Below are positions 45,201 to 56,728 of a DNA stretch of 64,000 nt, piece after piece. Source of the DNA: Mantamonas sphyraenae STR306 (Eukaryota > Protista > CRuMs). The stretch spans positions 1 to 64,000 of the forward strand of contig JAPMXV010000011.1 in assembly GCA_026936335.1 (NCBI GenBank), in the 5' to 3' direction. The position numbers and the translations under genes are program-made. Under the pieces are notes generated by a model that made no database searches, was not told the DNA's origin, and saw only the letters and a list, made by a program, of their open reading frames with translations. Every line of letters begins with the position of its first letter. The stretch's first letter is position 1.

Positions 45201-48200
45201 ATGTCGCTCGGCCCGCTGCGCGCTCGTACATCCAACAGCAGTCGCTCTCTCTGGGCGGTGGTCCGTTTGAGCAGCAAACGTTGGCGACGACATCGTCGAC
45301 CTCCTCTGCACCCAGCAAGGCGGGTGCGATGGACATGTACGACGACGAGGAGCGGGAACGGTTCAACATGGAGGCCGACGCCCTGGCAGACAGTCTGCAT
45401 GTGAAGGTGTTGAACCTGATGCACAGCACGTGCCGTTGGCCCATTGGCCGCGAGAAGATGCGATCGCCCACAGCTGTGGCCGCTCTTCTCTCCATTGTGC
45501 GCACAGGCACGCCGCGCACACGTCTGGTTGCGCTGCGCATCCTTCGCCAGCTCATGACGGGCAAGTCGGTGATGGCTCTGGACGCCATGGACGAAGCGCT
45601 GCGTCAATCGCAACGTCTGGACGGAGGAGACGGCGAGGCGTCGGGATCGCTGGATGAGGAGTCGGTGAACAAGGGTACAGGCAACGCCGGAGCGGCCACG
45701 GTGGGTTTCTTCCTGTCGGAGGTCGGCAAGAGCCTGACAATTGCCACGTTTGCCAACCTGAACCTGGAGCGACGCACTGGCGAGGACGGGTCGATGTACT
45801 GGTCGCACACACACATGGACGGTGTGCCCATCGACCTCATGCATAGCAAAGAGTGTGTGTTGCCCGCGGGCGAGGTGATCATGTTGTTGCGCAAGCTGCT
45901 GCGTGATTCCAGTGCGTGGCGTGCGCAGATTGTAAACTCGGCAAGCGAGGCGCTGGCGTACGTGCCCACTGTGTGTGACATGCTGGCACAGGACGTGGCC
46001 GAGAGTGGACGCGTGCGTGCCCTCACCGACGAACAGTGGCAGCAGGTGTGGCGATCGCTGGGCTCGCTTACCATCCTGGGTGGGTTTGTGGACCAGGTGC
46101 GCGTGGGCGCACGTGTCAACTCGCCTCTGGATGGCTACGATGCAACCGTTGTGTTGCGTGACGCCGACCAGGAGTCCCTGGTCGTGTTGCGCGACGGCGA
46201 GTCGCAGATCAGCAAGCTGTCCAACATGGACGTCCAGCCGCTGGGCGAGATCCCCTTTGAGCCCCACTACTTTGGGGACAGTTTGCAAACGACGGCTGTG
46301 CAATCGCTGGCGCAGGTGTTGGCCAACCCGCTGCTGCGCGAGAGTTTGGCTGCAGTCGATGCGTCATCGGGCAAGAGTGCCGCTGCGTTGCTTCTGCAAC
46401 ACGTGCATGCACGCGTGGCTCGCTGCCTGCACTCTTTGACTCTTGTGTCGAACAACGCCACGGCCCTTGTGGCCGGCGAGGGTGTCACTGAGCAGCTGCT
46501 GCACGTGGCTGCACAGCGCTGCCCCGTCGATCTCAACACCATGGAGCTGGAGGACTACCTGCAGGTGGCCTTCAACGAGCTGGCATCGCGTGTCAGTGCC
46601 GACCACGCCCTGCGCATCCAGATCCTGCACACGGAGGACGGACTGCGTGCGGAGTTTGAGGGTATGAAGGAGCTCAAGCTGAACTACACGCCCCTGGGCA
46701 CGGATTTCCACGAACAGTCGGGTGCCGCAGACCACGCGCACGGTGATCGCCGACGTGGAGACGACGATGCGGACGACGAGGACGACGACGAGGAACAGCA
46801 TGTGCATGTCAAGGCAGAGGTGAGCTACCTGACCATGAGTGACGCGTGCAGTGAGGCCAACTGCAAGGACAAGATTGTGGTCATCGATGCGTTGGCCAAG
46901 TACAGGCGACGCGTACAGCAAGCTGTACAGCATGGCGCACGCGCCGTCATTCTGGTTCTGCACAACCAAGACGCCAAGATCGAAGGCCTCGAAGGAGATC
47001 CGTTGACCATGTCCGAGGTGCTGGCCAAGATTGAGGAGCAGGAGGGCAACAACGAGGACAACGACGAGGAGCGCGCCGCCTCTGGCGACGAGGCAGAGGA
47101 GGGCGACGACGTGGAAACACAGATGCTTGTGGACGACCAGCAGGAGGAGGCTGTGCACATGCTGGGCACAGAGTTGGACGAAGTTGTGGGATCGGTGGTG
47201 TTGCGCCTGGCCAGCAAGTCGGGCGACAAGCAGGTGGATGACGTGATCAAGGCTCTGGAGGTCGTGTTGTCTGCGGACAAGACGACGCTGGACAGTGTGA
47301 TGGACAGCACACTGGCCATCGCCTCGTTGGTGACATCGGGGGCTTCGGTGGTCTTGGGCGAACATGACACGCAGTTCTTGATGGAAAAGGTCACCATCAT
47401 CAAGGGCATGGCCATGAACATGAGCAATGCGGGCTTGCCCCACGGCATTGTCCTGGGGCCGCTTGCGCCACGGAACGCCAAAGTGATTACACCTGCCGGT
47501 ATGGGCAACGCAGGTGGACTTGGAGGCGCGGGCGCTGTTTTCCTCTCCAAGGGAAGCGGCTCTGCAAAGTCTTCTTCAAAGGCCCGATCTTCAGGCGCCA
47601 CGACCTTCTCCTTGGGCAAGGGTGGTTTTGGTAGCAGGAGCAGCGACTACGATGAAGGCGAGTCTGGGTTCGGCACAGGGAAGTCATCCAGTCGTAAATC
47701 CGGAAGCAAGAGCGGTTCAAAGAAGACGAGCATGGCCGTTGATGCGGAAGATGCAGATGTGTTTGAGTTTGGCGGATTGGAAGAAGAGGGCGGGATGGGT
47801 TTCGGCAGCCGTGGTAACTCGGAACCGCGCGGCAAGACGACGCAGGTTCGCATGGACAACTTCTTTGGGAGCGCCAAGAGTTCAACGGGCGAGTTTGAAG
47901 GCAGTGCCAAGTCAAGTGGTGGGTTTGGGAGCAAGTCTGCTGCCAAGTCAAGCGGTGGGTTTGGGAGCAAGTCTGCTGCCAATTCCACTTCGTTTGGTGG
48001 GAGCACCAAGGGGGGCTTTGGGACAAGCACAAGCTCGAACCGCAGTGAACCCTTTTCATTCGGTGGAGACGGCGGCTCTGCGGCAGGAGGCAACAAACCG
48101 GGTCTCTTTGCTGCGAAACGGTCCGGTTCCAAGGCTGCCGGTGAAGAATCGACACTGTTTGGTGCCGGTGGCACATCCAAGGGCGCAGCACCGGGCTTTG

Positions 48201-51200
48201 GGCTCAAGGGCGCCACCGAATCCGATCTGTCGTCCAAGCCCCGACGAGGTGATGGATCAGGCAAGGGCAAAGGCAAAGGCAAAGGCAAGGGTAGAGGCAA
48301 GGGCAAGGGTCGTCGCGACGAGTACAGCGACGAAAGTGGCAGCGAGGATGAAGACGATCGCAAGTCGTCACGCAAGCCTGACGAGGACGCAGCCGCGATG
48401 AAGGCACTGGCTGCAAAGAAAAAGGCGGCGGCTGCAGGCGGAGATATGCTTGCCGCTGGCGAGGCAGGTATGGAAGGTGGGGATGGTGCACAGGGTGAGG
48501 ACGGTGAGAACGGTGGGCTGCAGGGCTCCTCCGCCGGCTCGTCCACATCCACGTCCACATCCACATCCACGTCCACATCCAGCGCCAGTGCCGGTGGCTC
48601 ATCGGCGTCGTCGACTGCGTCGTCCGGTGCGTTTGCAGACATGGACACGCCACCCGAGGGTCGTCGAGGAGGACGTGCCGGTGGCCGTGATGGAGGCCGC
48701 AACCGCCGAGGCCGTGATGGAGGCCGTGGTGGTGTCCGTGGCAGTGCCAGTGCCAGTGGGCGGGCACGTCACCTGCAGCGATCGAGGTCGCCGCCCGCCA
48801 GTCGAGCGGGCACTGGCAGCATGGACATGCAACAGATGACGAACCAGGTGCGCGCGATGATGGTGGACTACATGGGTCACGACGGCGTACAGCAAGTGCG
48901 TGAGGAGCTGATGATGATGCAAGAGCAAATGGGTCTTGCCGGCAGTGCAGATTACGAGTTCCAAGAGGGTTTGCATGAACTTCTGGCCATGACCATGGGT
49001 GACGACGTGCTGATGCAGATGGGCGTCGGTCCAGAGGTTCTGCTGGAGGCACTGGGCATGGGTCCGCCCAAGAGGACGAGTGTGTCGACGGCAGTGCGCC
49101 AGAAGGCGGAGGACACCACGGAGCTGACTGTGCCCGTGCCTGTGATGCGTGTGGACGCGTCGTTTGGCGAGCACCTTCGCCTGACCATGGGTATCAGCGA
49201 CGAGAACGATCCCATCCGTCTGCTGCGTGTGCAACTCACGCAGGAACTGGTGGAGGAAGGGTACCCCGTGCAGTACGCCGAGATGGCGCTGAACAAGACC
49301 GGCAACGACTTGCAGGAGTCCATTACCTGGCTGGAGATGAACCTGGAGTCGCTCCTGGAAACCGAGGACCTGCTGGCAGACATTGGCCAGGAGGACGCCG
49401 CAGCAAAGGCGGCCCAGGACGACGGCGGCGCAGCCGTGGGCTCCTACCTGGACGCCATGGATGCCACACAGGGCCAGTTTGTGTACAGCTGTTTGGATGC
49501 GTGGGGACACATCAACCACAAGCAGCACCACATGCAAGGGTCCGGCGGTGCTCTGCGTGCACCCAGTTCGTTGTCCGGACGCAAGTGCACAGCCATGCAC
49601 AACCTCAGTACCGTGGCGTTGTTGGAGGAGGTGGCGCGTGTGGAACACGCGCTGTGCATCCACTACGCACGCCGCACGGTGACCAACCTCTTCTCACAGC
49701 TTCCTCTGCAGCAGGCCATTGTGGGCAGTGTCTTTGCACGCGAGCGTCTGCACACAGCCATCCACCTTGCTCTGTCGGTCGATGCATTCCCTGCCGCCGA
49801 GTTGCATCCCAAGGATGCAGCCAATCAGGCCACGCGCTTGCGTGCCAAGCTGGTCGACCGTCTGAGCCGAGCGGACGAGGATGAGGATGCACGTGCGTTG
49901 CAGGACATCATTGTGGGCGATGTGATGACCCTGTTGGACACCACGGGGGCGCCCGAGGCGACAGTGGCAAAGACGGTGGAGGTGGTGGAGTCGGAGCATC
50001 CCATGACCGGCGGCAGCTACAAGCGTGGCGAGGTGCACTTTCCGGGCGCTCGCTCGATTGGCGTGAGCATCGACCCGCGCACACAGACACACCACATGCA
50101 TACTCTGTGTTTCTATGCCGACGAGGCACACACGGAGCTGTTGCGATCGTACAACCTGTCTGGCGGCGGCTCGTCCTACGCACGTTTTGAGCACAACCGA
50201 GACACGTTGTACTGGGTGGTGGATACGACGGCCAACCTGAACCAGAGCTGGGGTTTCCGCTTCATGTGTGAACCCGACCGCACCACGCTGCGTTCGGATG
50301 CGGTGCTGATTGCAGGCAACGCAGAACTGGCCATGCAGATGGTGGAGATCCTCATCCAGTGCCAACGACGCATCATCCCCACCAACATGTTGGTGGCACT
50401 CGTGCACCACCTCGTCGCATGTCGCTCTGTGGAGAGCATCCAACGCCACTGCAGCGTGGCAGCGCGCCTGTTCCGTCGCTGGGAGACGCGCTTCAACAGC
50501 ACCGGCGACACCGATGTGGCCAAGTTGCACATGTTGGTGGACGAGTTGCAGGAGCTGCACAGGTCCATTCGCACCCACCACTTGTGCACTGGAAGAACAG
50601 CAAGTTGCCCGTGGCTCACAGCAAGGCGTTGTTGGAGTTGCTGCTTGCTGCACGCAACGTGTTCCCTGAAGCACAGAGTGGCGACATCATCACCGATGAG
50701 GAGCTGGCCGCCATGGGGTTGGACACAAACGGGTTCCCCTTGGACGAGGACGAGCTTGCGGCCGCACAGGAAGCCGAAGACGAGGCCAAGGCACTTGCAG
50801 AGGCGTCTGCCCAGCAGGAGCAACAACAGAAAGAGCACGAGAACAGGGCGAGGCATATGCGCGTGCGTGAATTCATCGACATGGACGGCTATGATGACGA
50901 GGAGATGGAGGCGATGATGGATATGGAAATGGCAATGATGGAGGCGGAGGAGCAACAGCTGATCGAAGTGACTCCGGAAGGCGAGCTGCTGCCAGTGCCA
51001 TTGAATGCGCCGTTTTCGATGAATGCCCCGTCTGCGACGACAGCCACGACAGTCGACGACGACGACGACGAGCAGCAGCAAGACGGACGGCAAGGGCAAG
51101 GGCAAGGGCAAGGCAAAGCGTGTCAAGGCGAGGGAGCCGATGGAGAGCATCGAGACGCAGTATCCGGCCACAGAGGAGATGGCGGCTGCGTACAAAGAGT

Positions 51201-54200
51201 TCCGCGACGGACAGGCCAAGGTGTCGTTGGTGGACATCACCAACCACCACGTGGAGCCGAATACGACGGTGAATGTGCGTGGAGGCAACGACACCATGTT
51301 TGTGGGCGACGTGAGTGTGAGCGGAGGCACGTGGTACTTTGAGGTGACGCTCATGACACAGCCGAGCTCGTTCACGGTGGGCTTTGTCACGCCCGAGTAC
51401 GAACACAAGATCCAGCCGCAGAACAACGGCGGGTTTGGATTCGGAAGCAGCATGGGCATGAACGGACTCGGCACTGACGGGTCGGGTCAGAGCTGGGGTG
51501 TGTCTGGACCCAGCAACATCCGCTACGTCCACCGCGGTCGCACGCGGTACATGACGGAAGACGGAGGCATGCAAAACAACAGCGGGTTTGGACTCAAGAG
51601 AGGCTTTGGGACCAAGGAGACGGTGTATTGGAGCAGTGGCACCGTGGTGGGTGTGTTGTTGGACGTGGAACGGGGCACCATCAGCACGTACAACAATGGC
51701 ATGCTGATGGCCAACGGTTTCACCGGATTGGCAGGCAGTTCGTTTGTGCCGGCCATCACCTGTTCCAACAGCACCATCTTCTCCATCAACTTTGGCCACA
51801 AGGCGTTTGCTCACCCGCCGGTGGATGAGGTGCAGGGCGTCATGGTGATGCCCTGGCAACACTTCCGCCTGCGTGGCACCCCGTGGTTGGACAAGTATCT
51901 GCGTGCGGCCCAAGTGACCAGCAGCCTGTTCTCCCAGGATCGCGTGAGCACGGACATCATCGACGCAGCACTGCAGCAGGAGTTCACCAAGACGGTCAGC
52001 GCAGACATGCGCTTCGAGACCCTGCGTGTGGAGGGCAACATCAGCGGCAGCAACAGCGGCAGCGGCAGCGCCTTTGGAGGCTCCGGTGGCGGCAGCTTCT
52101 CCTTCAGCAGTGGCGCATTTGGAACCAGTTCGTTTGGCGCCCGACCGTACGATGCGTACGATCAGTGGGGAGGCGGATCTGCCTTTGGCGGCAGCAGTCG
52201 ATTTGGTGCGAGCAGCAGTGGCAGCCTGTTTGGCAGCCGCGGCAGCGGAGGCGCAGGAGGCAGCAGTGGTGTCGATGTGGCGAGTGAGGCAGATGCACTG
52301 GCGAACCGAAACAACCAGACGGCACAGGCGTTGTTGGACAAGAACAACAGCAAGATGATGCGTGTGGAGGGCAAGGTGAATGTGGTGTACAAGCTGCAAG
52401 GATCGCCGGAGCCGTTCTTCCTCAAGAGTCTGCAGGTGCGTCCGGGCAGTCAGATGGGCGGCGATTTCCACGTGATTGCATTTGTGTGCGAGGAGGAACC
52501 CCAACTGGACATGTTTGACTACTGCGACTCGTTCACAGGCGAACAGTACCTGCGCTACGTGCAACGCAAGCAGGCACGCGGGTCGTCGTGGCGAGACCAG
52601 GATCCGGTGGCATTCCTCACCGTCACCGAAGACGGCGTCAGCAGCAACGAAGTCAGCGTGTTGCGACGAGGCAGCTACGTCGTCCTCAAGATGTTGACTG
52701 CGTCCGGCACAGGCGCAGCGTCGTCCTCGTCGTCGTCGTCTGCGCTGTCCATCGGCAAGTCGACCGCGGCAAAGTCGAAAACCAGTTTGTTCGGCAACAC
52801 CAGCGGCTTTGGCAGCGGTGTGAGCTCCAGTACCTTTAGTGTGGAGCACATCCGACTGGAGTGTGTGCACGGCAAGCACCCGTTGGGAGTGTACTTGGGC
52901 ACGGAAGAGTGGGAGACGCAGACGCAGAAGGCGTGCCAGCAGTTGCGCGAGGCCGCATTGGTGGGCATGGGTGGAGGACAGCAGGAAGGTGGGTCGCAGT
53001 GGACCCAGGCCATGGACGAGGATTTGGTGGGTTTGATCCAGGAGATGAGTGGACGATACACCCTGGACGCATTGACCATGGACAGTGTGATGTTGAACCC
53101 GGGCAAGGGTGACATGATGCGATACAAGGCACTGGAAGGAGTGCCCCTGGACCACATGCGCTCTCGCTTCAGTGTCATCAAGTACCTGAACACTTTGGTG
53201 ACCCCCCTGTTGTACTACGTGGACGTCTCCATGTATGCCCAGACGGATTGGGATGCCACCTCACAGCGCCGCAGCACATCCACGACGTCCTCTCGTCCTC
53301 TTCCTCCACCTCCACCTCCTCGGAGGACACAGAGGCCGTGGTGTTGGGTGACAGCGAGGTGGACGAAATGGGCGTGGATCGCGAGTCGTTGTCGCACATC
53401 ATTCACCAACTCAAGGGCTTGTTCTTCATGGAAACCAAGCAGGCGGTGTTTGAATCCATGCTGACTGCAGACGGCACGGCCTCGGCCAACACCAGCTCGC
53501 GTGACAAGCTGCGTGTGTCGATCAACCGCATCAGCGCAGCCAAGAGCAAGGAGGACCGCGGAGAGAACAGCCGCGATCCGGACGGTCTCAAGAGCATTTT
53601 CGGGCAGTTGTACAACGCACTGAAGGACACGCGCTACGAACAGCTGCGTGGAGGCAAGAGTGCACAGTTGTGGAGTGCAGACTTTGCAGGGGAAGGATCC
53701 ATCGACGTGGGTGGTCCCTACCGCGAATCGCTGACCATGGCCTGTGGTGATCTGATGAGTGACGCCACGCCCCTGTTTACGCTGTGTCCCAATGGCGTCA
53801 ATGGCGTGGGTCTGAACCGCGAGAAGTACATCGTGAACCCTGCCTGCTCGGGCACCCAACACTTTGCCATGTACGAGTTTGTGGGTGTGTTGATTGGCAT
53901 TGGCCTGCGTACCAAGTTTACCATGCCCCTGGATCTGCCCTCGCTGCTGTGGAAGCAGCTGTTGGGCGAGGTGCCCGATCTGGCCGACCTGGAGGCTGTG
54001 GACAAGCTGTGTGTGCAGGCAATGGACGAGATGCGCAAGGCCGAGGAGGAGAAGTTCCCGTACCTGTTTGAAGAGACGTTTGTGACGCAGCTGAGCAACG
54101 GCACAGAGGTGGAACTGAAGGAAGGCGGCCGAGACATGGCCGTCACCTACGACAACCGTTTGGAGTACATCGACCTTGTGCTTGCCGTGCGCATGCGCGA

Positions 54201-54699
54201 AAGCGAACAGCACATCCGTGCCATCCGCAAGGGACTCAACCGCATTGTGCCCCTGGGCATGCTGGCTCTGTTCTCCTGGCGAGATCTGGAGCGCATGACC
54301 TGCGGCAACCCTGTGGTGGACATCGATGTCCTGCGTCGCCACACCCTTTACAACGGTGTGTCCGAGTCCTCGCAAGCCATCAAGTTCTTCTGGCAGGCGC
54401 TGGAGTCGCTCAATGCACAGGAGCGCCAGCTGTTCCTGCGCTTTGTGTGGGGACGCAACAGGCTGCCCGGGTCCGACAGCGACTGGTCGCAAGAGTTTAC
54501 CATCAACTCGATGAACACGGGCGTGGTTGACGAAACCCTGCCTGTGGCACATACGTGCTTCTTCTCGCTCGATCTGCCCACGTACACCACGTACGAGACT
54601 ACGCGCGAGAAGCTGCTCTACGCCATCATCAACTGTCAGGCCATCGACACGGACTTTAACCCCAACGCAAGTGCGCTGTCTGCCTGGGTGGAGGAGTGA
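37125..54699 (+). CDS. Giant (~5,700 aa) HECT E3 ubiquitin ligase, HECTD4/MYCBP2/HERC-like: H3-tail N-terminus, LamG-like, CUB-like x2, PA-like, FG-rich, UBA, SPRY, HECT
   Basis: Exons 37125-37359, 37509-37555, 37660-37740, 37862 onward join in frame. Frame breaks at ~50580 (or a 38-nt intron 50563-50600), ~51050 and ~53293. HECT motifs FAGEGSIDVGGPYRE, FLRFVWGRNRLP, LPVAHTCFFSLDLP; SPRY GTWYFEV..GQSWG..GVLLD. Confidence 0.92.
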
Positions 54700-54733
54700 G
54701 TTGTGTTGTTGGAGAGGTCAGGGGGAGGGAGAC

Positions 54734-56635
54734 TCAAGATGAACCGTGCATTTCCTCCCACTCCTCGTACTGTGCAATCAAATCCACCGATGTGGATGGT
54801 CGTGTCTTGGAAACGGCTGCGCTGACGTCGGTGTCGCTGATGAGGTCCAGGCTGAGATCTTGTTCGTCCAGCACTCGTCCTTGGTTGTCGATGTGAACTT
54901 CGCTCAGGTCCAGTTTGTCGAGCAGACGCCGCACAGGAAACATGGAGATTTCTTTGCACAGTACATAGATGTCTGAGCCGGAGAAGCCTTGTGTCTGTTG
55001 GACAAGGCCATCGAGCAGGCCTGGGTCTTGAATGCGGTCGGACGCAATGTGTGACTCGATCATGTGCTGGCGCGCCTCGTCGTTGGGCAAGGGCACGTAG
55101 ATTCGCTTTTCCAGACGACGCAGCAAAGCCGGGTCCAACGACCATGGCAGGTTGCTTGCGGCCAGCACAAAGACGAGGTCATCGGAGCGAGCCAAACCGT
55201 CCATCTGGATCAGCAGCTCGGTTTTCATGCGACGAGAGCCCTCGTGTTCACCTGAGCCTCCGTTGTCACGTGTGCCCATGATGGCGTCGATTTCATCCAG
55301 AAAGATGGTGGACGGACTGTGGAAGCGCGCCAATTCAAACAGGACGCGGATGAGTTTCTCGCTGTCACCGCGCCACTTTGAGACGACGGAGGAGGCCGAG
55401 ATGTTGAAGAACGTGGTTTTGCACTCTGTGGCCACGCTCTTGGCCAGTAGCGTCTTGCCTGTGCCTGGTGGGCCAAACAGAAGCAACCCTTTCCACGGGG
55501 ACAGGATGCCCTGGAAGATCTCTGGGTACCGGATGGGCATGACGACGGCTTCCTTCAGGACACGTTTGCAATTGTCCAGACCAGCAATGTCCGCCCAGTG
55601 GACATTGGGATTACGCGTAAAGATGTCGCGGCTGATCATGTCCGCGTGTTCTCTGAGCTCGCCCACAAACATATCCCTGGGCAAAGGCTTGAGGATCCGC
55701 TGCTCGAAATAGTCTTCCTCTGTCATTTCGCTATCCGATGCGGCGCCGCTGCCGCTGCTGCTGGCCGCTGCCGGCTTCGGTGCGTCTGTGCGTGTGCTTG
55801 TGCGAGGCGGTGGTTTGCCGCTGAGTCCGCCGCCCATCATCATGTCGGTGCTGTCCTCCTCGTCCATCCCGCTGTTGGATGTGTTGCCATCTTGTGAGCC
55901 AGCCGATGCACTGCGTTTCTTCCCTGCACTGCTCGCCCTGCCTGTGCCACTGCCTCCGCTGCTTCGCCGTGTGCGTCCCGTCACACTCGTCGTGGTGCTG
56001 CTGCCTGTAGACACAGACGAAGCCCCTGTGCCTGTGCCTGTGCCTGTGCCATTGCTGCCTCCTGTACCACCCCCCGTATTGTTGTTGTTGATGCGTGGCA
56101 GCACAGAAGACCTCGATCCGGGTCTGCTTCGTCCTCCACGGCTGCTGTTGCTGCCTCCCTTCGCGCCACTTCCTGCACTGCCCGGTTTCACCTTGCGGAT
56201 CAGCTTGGGTTTCTTGCTGTACTTGATTTCGTGGTACGCCTCAAACTCCTGCAGGATGAGAGGCATGTCCACGTTGTCGGCCACCTCGTACTTGTCCAGC
56301 GACACGCCGCTTTCCCGCTGCAGCGTTTCGCTCGCCTCGACATACCCACTGTCGTGCATGTACGACGCCATCAGCACCAGCATCGCCTTTTTTCGTGCCT
56401 CCTGTTTTGCTTCCTCCTGTGTGGATGTCCAACGTGGGTGTGGCGGCGCCGTGGATGGTGATATGCGTGATGTGAGAGTGAGTGATCCGTTTCGAGCAAA
56501 CCGGCCGATGCACAACAGCACCGTGAACAAGCACACACGCGCCACACACGCAGTCGCAGACGACGCATTGCAACGTACGGACTGTTTGGCCTGGTTCTTG
56601 GCCTTGATGGCCATGTACCCAAGGCTTTCGGTCAT
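54734..56635 (-). CDS. KATNAL2: Katanin p60 subunit A-like 2 (LisH + AAA ATPase)
   Basis: In-frame intron 56417-56578; LisH region EVADNVDM; GPPGTGKT, SKWRGDSEKL, FLDEID, EHEGSRRMKTELLIQMDG. Confidence 0.95.
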   Translation of the reverse strand: MTESLGYMAIKAKNQAKQSVRCNASSATACVARVCLFTVLLCIGRFARNGSLTLTSRISPSTAPPHPRWTSTQEEAKQEARKKAMLVLMASYMHDSGYVEASETLQRESGVSLDKYEVADNVDMPLILQEFEAYHEIKYSKKPKLIRKVKPGSAGSGAKGGSNSSRGGRSRPGSRSSVLPRINNNNTGGGTGGSNGTGTGTGTGASSVSTGSSTTTSVTGRTRRSSGGSGTGRASSAGKKRSASAGSQDGNTSNSGMDEEDSTDMMMGGGLSGKPPPRTSTRTDAPKPAAASSSGSGAASDSEMTEEDYFEQRILKPLPRDMFVGELREHADMISRDIFTRNPNVHWADIAGLDNCKRVLKEAVVMPIRYPEIFQGILSPWKGLLLFGPPGTGKTLLAKSVATECKTTFFNISASSVVSKWRGDSEKLIRVLFELARFHSPSTIFLDEIDAIMGTRDNGGSGEHEGSRRMKTELLIQMDGLARSDDLVFVLAASNLPWSLDPALLRRLEKRIYVPLPNDEARQHMIESHIASDRIQDPGLLDGLVQQTQGFSGSDIYVLCKEISMFPVRRLLDKLDLSEVHIDNQGRVLDEQDLSLDLISDTDVSAAVSKTRPSTSVDLIAQYEEWEEMHGSS

Positions 56636-56728
56636 GCGGGCGTGGGAGATTGTTTTGGTGGGGAAGGCGAAGGCCAACTCAACTGAAGGCGCCTCCATCC
56701 ACCGGGTGATCTCTGCGCAGAGCAACAA

